The notes under the pieces: generated by a model
The model's input: the letters and a program-made list of their open reading frames with translations, nothing else
What the model was told of the DNA's origin: nothing
Databases searched by the model: none
Origin: an uncultured Mycoplasmatota bacterium
GTDB lineage: Bacteria > Bacillota_I > Bacilli_A > RF39 > UBA660
Assembly (NCBI GenBank): GCA_946403755.1
Contig: CAMJBC010000006.1
Coordinates: 46,176-110,175 of the forward strand
Direction: 5' to 3'
DNA length: 64,000 nt
Translations under genes and position numbers: made by a program
Part shown: one piece after another, positions 60,500 to 64,000 of the stretch
Layout of the letters: each line of letters begins with the position of its first letter
How positions within the stretch are numbered: position 1 is the stretch's first letter

Positions 60500-61618
60500 A
60501 TGAAAAAAATCAAATATATAATTCTAATTATTTTTTTATTAATATTATCGACTGTTTCAGGTATATATGCTTATCAAAGCTATGAAATTGCAATAGTTGA
60601 AAACAATATAGTATCAGGAGCAGTTAATATTGAATTAAAAGAATATCTTAAAGATAAAAATGATATAGAAGTAGAAATAGATTCATTAAATAAAAAAGTT
60701 TTACCTAGTGAAAGTATACCATTTATAGTTAAAGTATATAATAGAGGTATTAGTTCTTATTTAAGAATTAAATATGAATATAATAATGGAACATTTTATG
60801 ATAGTGATATTAATATGGATGAAACAAATTGGGTAAAAAAAGGAGATTATTACTATTATAAAAATATATTAGAAGAAAGTAGTTATGTAGAATTATTTAA
60901 TAAATATACAACTCCATCTGATATATTAGGAACTTATGATTTTATAATTACAGCAGAAGCTGTTCAAGCTGAATATTTTACTGTAGATTTTGAATCTAAT
61001 ACACCTTGGGGTGATTTTGTAGTAGAAGATGCTATTGATGATAATTATGATATATCTACAATAAGCGTTTCAAATAATACAATAGTAGATTATAAAGATG
61101 ATGGAGATAACTATTTAGAAATACCTCAAAACTTTATGCAAAAAATATATTTATTAAGACCTGGTGATAAAATATCAGACTATATAACAGTAAATAATAT
61201 ATCAGATAAACAAATAGAAATATTTATGAAAAATGTTAATTTATCACCACAATTAAATGAAAATTATAAATATTTAACTTTAAAAGTATATGATGAAAAA
61301 AATAATGTTGTTTATGATGGAAAAGTATTACAAGAAGCATTAACATCATTAGGTAGATATGAACCAGGATCTTCAAATAAGTTAACATTTGAAGTAGAAT
61401 TTTTAAAAGAAAATGAAAATATTACATCAATAAAAGATTATAAAATTGGTTGGAAATATTATTTAAGTGAAATAGAAGAAGAACCAAGCATTATAGATAT
61501 TATTAATCCTAAAACAGGTGATGGAATATTTATATGGGTTGCTATTTTTATAGCATCATTATGTATGCTAATAGTAACAATAAAAAGATTATATATATTG
61601 ATGAAAAAAGTTGATTAA
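60500..61618 (+). CDS. SipW-cognate (TasA/camelysin-like) protein with C-terminal NPKTG sorting signal
   Basis: IYAY..., GAVNIELKE, V.N.G..SYLR, YYYY, AEAVQ; NPKTGD-TM-basic tail. Confidence 0.78.
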   Translation: MKKIKYIILIIFLLILSTVSGIYAYQSYEIAIVENNIVSGAVNIELKEYLKDKNDIEVEIDSLNKKVLPSESIPFIVKVYNRGISSYLRIKYEYNNGTFYDSDINMDETNWVKKGDYYYYKNILEESSYVELFNKYTTPSDILGTYDFIITAEAVQAEYFTVDFESNTPWGDFVVEDAIDDNYDISTISVSNNTIVDYKDDGDNYLEIPQNFMQKIYLLRPGDKISDYITVNNISDKQIEIFMKNVNLSPQLNENYKYLTLKVYDEKNNVVYDGKVLQEALTSLGRYEPGSSNKLTFEVEFLKENENITSIKDYKIGWKYYLSEIEEEPSIIDIINPKTGDGIFIWVAIFIASLCMLIVTIKRLYILMKKVD

Positions 61619-61667
61619 ATTTAAATAATATAGTATTATTAATGTATAAGATATGGAGGATGATATA

Positions 61668-62333
61668 ATGAATAAGAAGAAAGTATTAATAGCTGCATTT
61701 GTTTTAGCTTTAGTATTATCAATTGGAGGAGTTTTAGCTTATTTCTCAGACTCAGATACTAAAACAAATACATTTACAGTAGGACAAGTAAGAATATCTC
61801 TTAATGAAACAGCTTGGGATACAACTGGTCAAACAGCCGCTGGATCAGTCTTACCAAATCAAATGATTGATAAGGATCCAACTATTAGTAATACTGGTAA
61901 TAATGCAGCATATGTATTTATTAAAGTATCAATTCCAAAAACAACAGTTATAGTAGAAGCAGATAATGGAACAGGTAGTACTAGTAGTTCTCAAGAATTA
62001 TTTACTTTAATTAATTCTTCAGATCAACCTGGGGTTAACTCTGGATGGCAATTAGTTAGTTCAGATACTACAGGTGCTAATACAAATGAATATATATATT
62101 CATATTCTACTGGTGGAACAATGACTTCACTTGCTAAAAATGCTTCAACTAATCCATTATTTAATAAAATTCAATTTGCTAATGCACAAGAAGGATGGGG
62201 AATTGAAGGACAACATTATGATGTAGTAGTAACTGGATATGCAATTCAAACAGAAAATTTAACTACTGGTAATGTTACTGGTAATACAGCAGTATGGAAT
62301 GTATTAAATGCTAATGCAATACATAAACAATAA
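61668..62333 (+). CDS. SipW-dependent TasA/camelysin-like filament subunit
   Basis: GGVLAYFSDSDTKTNTFTVGQV.I.L.E, KDPTI.NTG...AYVF, YAIQ; GGAGG RBS. Confidence 0.85.
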   Translation: MNKKKVLIAAFVLALVLSIGGVLAYFSDSDTKTNTFTVGQVRISLNETAWDTTGQTAAGSVLPNQMIDKDPTISNTGNNAAYVFIKVSIPKTTVIVEADNGTGSTSSSQELFTLINSSDQPGVNSGWQLVSSDTTGANTNEYIYSYSTGGTMTSLAKNASTNPLFNKIQFANAQEGWGIEGQHYDVVVTGYAIQTENLTTGNVTGNTAVWNVLNANAIHKQ

Positions 62334-62364
62334 TTAATTAAGATTTAGAAAGAAGACAAAGACT

Positions 62365-62904
62365 ATGAAAATAATTATTAATATAATAGCAAAAATAATA
62401 GATATTCTATTAACATTAATAATTGTAATTGGATTAGCCTTTGCTTTTTTATTTATAATTAAAATTGAACCATATGTAGTTTTATCAGGTTCAATGGAAC
62501 CAAATCTTCATGTTGGTAGTTTAAGTTTTATAAATAAGCATTATAAATATGAAGATGTTAAAAAAGATGATATTATAGCATTTAAAACAGATACAGGAGT
62601 ATTAGTAGCGCATAGAGTTTATAAAATAGAAAATAATGAGTTTGTAACAAAAGGTGATGCTAACGAACAAGAAGATGTATCAAATGTTACTAAACTAAAT
62701 TATATTGGTAAAAATATTTTTAATATACCAAAAGCAGGTTATGCAATTAGATGGATTCAAACAAAAAAAGGCAAAATTATATCAGGAACCTTAATAGTTT
62801 GTTTAATAGTATCTGCATTTTTCTTTAGTGATGATAATGATAAAAAGAAAAAAACAAAGCATAAAAAGAAAGAAGAATCATCAAACGATATAAAAGAGGA
62901 ATAA
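62365..62904 (+). CDS. sipW: Signal peptidase I, ER/SipW type (S26B)
   Basis: VLSGSMEP, HRV, TKGDAN..D; next to cognate substrates. Confidence 0.9.
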   Translation: MKIIINIIAKIIDILLTLIIVIGLAFAFLFIIKIEPYVVLSGSMEPNLHVGSLSFINKHYKYEDVKKDDIIAFKTDTGVLVAHRVYKIENNEFVTKGDANEQEDVSNVTKLNYIGKNIFNIPKAGYAIRWIQTKKGKIISGTLIVCLIVSAFFFSDDNDKKKKTKHKKKEESSNDIKEE

Positions 62905-62995
62905 AAAAATTAGTTGAAAAATAAAATGTAGGTAAACCTACATTTTTTAATTATAGTTTTATATGTTATAATATATTTAGTATAGGAGAATATTT

Positions 62996-64000
62996 ATGAA
63001 TAAAAAAGTTATTTTAATTGTAATTTCTATAATAGTTTTTGTTATTGCTGGATTAGCTTTAGCATTTCACATTCATAACAATAAAGGAGAAAATGAAAAA
63101 ATATATCATAATGTAGAATTTGAAATGGATGATGGAACATTAATTCAAAGTCTAAAAGTATTACATGGTAATAAAGTAAATAAACCAAATGATCCATACA
63201 AAGAAAACTATATATTTAAAGGCTGGTTTTATAATGGAGAAGAATATAATTTTGATTTACCAATTTCTAATGATTTAAAAATAGTGGCGACTTGGGAAAT
63301 TAATATAGAGGATACTAATGAAACAGAAGAAGTTAAAAAATACAAGGTAGTATTTGATAGTGATAATGGTTCACCAGTTTCTACTATAGAAGTAAACGAA
63401 GGAGAAAAAGTAAGTGCTCCAAAAAATCCAACAAAAAAAGATTATATTTTTGTAGAATGGCAATTAAATGGTAAAAAATATAATTTTGATACTCCTATAA
63501 CAAGCGATATAGAATTAAAGGCAAAATGGAATAATTCAACAAATAATGAAGAGATAATATATACAGTAACATTTAATAGTAATGGAGGTACTGAAGTACC
63601 TTCTCAGAAAGTTAAAAAAGGAGAAAAAGTAGTTGCTCCTCAAGACCCAACAAGAAAAGGTTTCAAATTTGGTGGATGGAAGTACAAAACAAAGAATTAT
63701 AATTTTGATGATCCAGTTACTTCGGATATCCAATTAGATGCTATATGGAATCCTGATACTTCTGAAAAAACATATTTAGTTTCATTTAATACAAATGGTG
63801 GAGGTACTATTAATTCTCAAACAGTTAAAGAAGGATCAACAGCAACAGAACCAAAAACACCTCCTAAAAAGGATGGATATATATTTGCTGAATGGCAATT
63901 AAATAGCCAAAAATATAATTTTAGTACGCCTGTTAATAGTGACATTGAATTATATGCAAAATGGTATAAGATTGATTATAGTATAAAATATAAAGGAGAA
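62996..64000 (+). CDS. Membrane-anchored InlB B-repeat protein (3'-truncated by window edge; missing from ORF track)
   Basis: AGGAG RBS; my translation MNKKVILIVISIIVFVIAG... then four units like YTVTFNSNGG...P.DPTRKGFKFGGW...YNFD.PVTSDI.L.A.W. Confidence 0.9.
   Translation, partial: MNKKVILIVISIIVFVIAGLALAFHIHNNKGENEKIYHNVEFEMDDGTLIQSLKVLHGNKVNKPNDPYKENYIFKGWFYNGEEYNFDLPISNDLKIVATWEINIEDTNETEEVKKYKVVFDSDNGSPVSTIEVNEGEKVSAPKNPTKKDYIFVEWQLNGKKYNFDTPITSDIELKAKWNNSTNNEEIIYTVTFNSNGGTEVPSQKVKKGEKVVAPQDPTRKGFKFGGWKYKTKNYNFDDPVTSDIQLDAIWNPDTSEKTYLVSFNTNGGGTINSQTVKEGSTATEPKTPPKKDGYIFAEWQLNSQKYNFSTPVNSDIELYAKWYKIDYSIKYKGE

Noticed and set aside
1-64000. Mycoplasma-type genetic code 4
   Set aside because: Trp is encoded by TGG, conserved genes are intact under code 11, and rlmH ends at TGA after its canonical YHK terminus.

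Overview
Chromosomal window from a very AT-rich, code-11 Firmicute with peptidoglycan (meso-DAP-type murE). Gene style is most consistent with a reduced, host-associated Bacilli lineage such as RF39/UBA660 (inference, not proven). Housekeeping genes (tsaE, xfp, murE, mscL, ligA, rplI, dnaB, rlmH, ung, pduL, tRNA-Gly) alternate with many orphan genes that mostly carry their own terminator plus extended -10 promoter. No transposase, integrase, phage module, rRNA or CRISPR array was seen. The main leads are: (1) a self-contained four-gene operon encoding radical SAM/SPASM, an altered HIT protein, a papain-like/phosphoribosyltransferase fusion and a NADAR-like protein (48.9-54.0 kb); (2) a sipW/TasA-like filament locus whose first gene carries a non-splicing Hint domain (58.7-62.9 kb); (3) an unannotated three-hairpin ~90-nt small RNA with its own promoter (38.1 kb); (4) a tandem-repeat protein with DPF/NPF/acidic-Trp linkers; (5) a 44-bp perfect direct repeat bracketing two lipoprotein genes; and (6) several apparent pseudo-enzymes. 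All family assignments are by-eye motif recognition; no database search was run.
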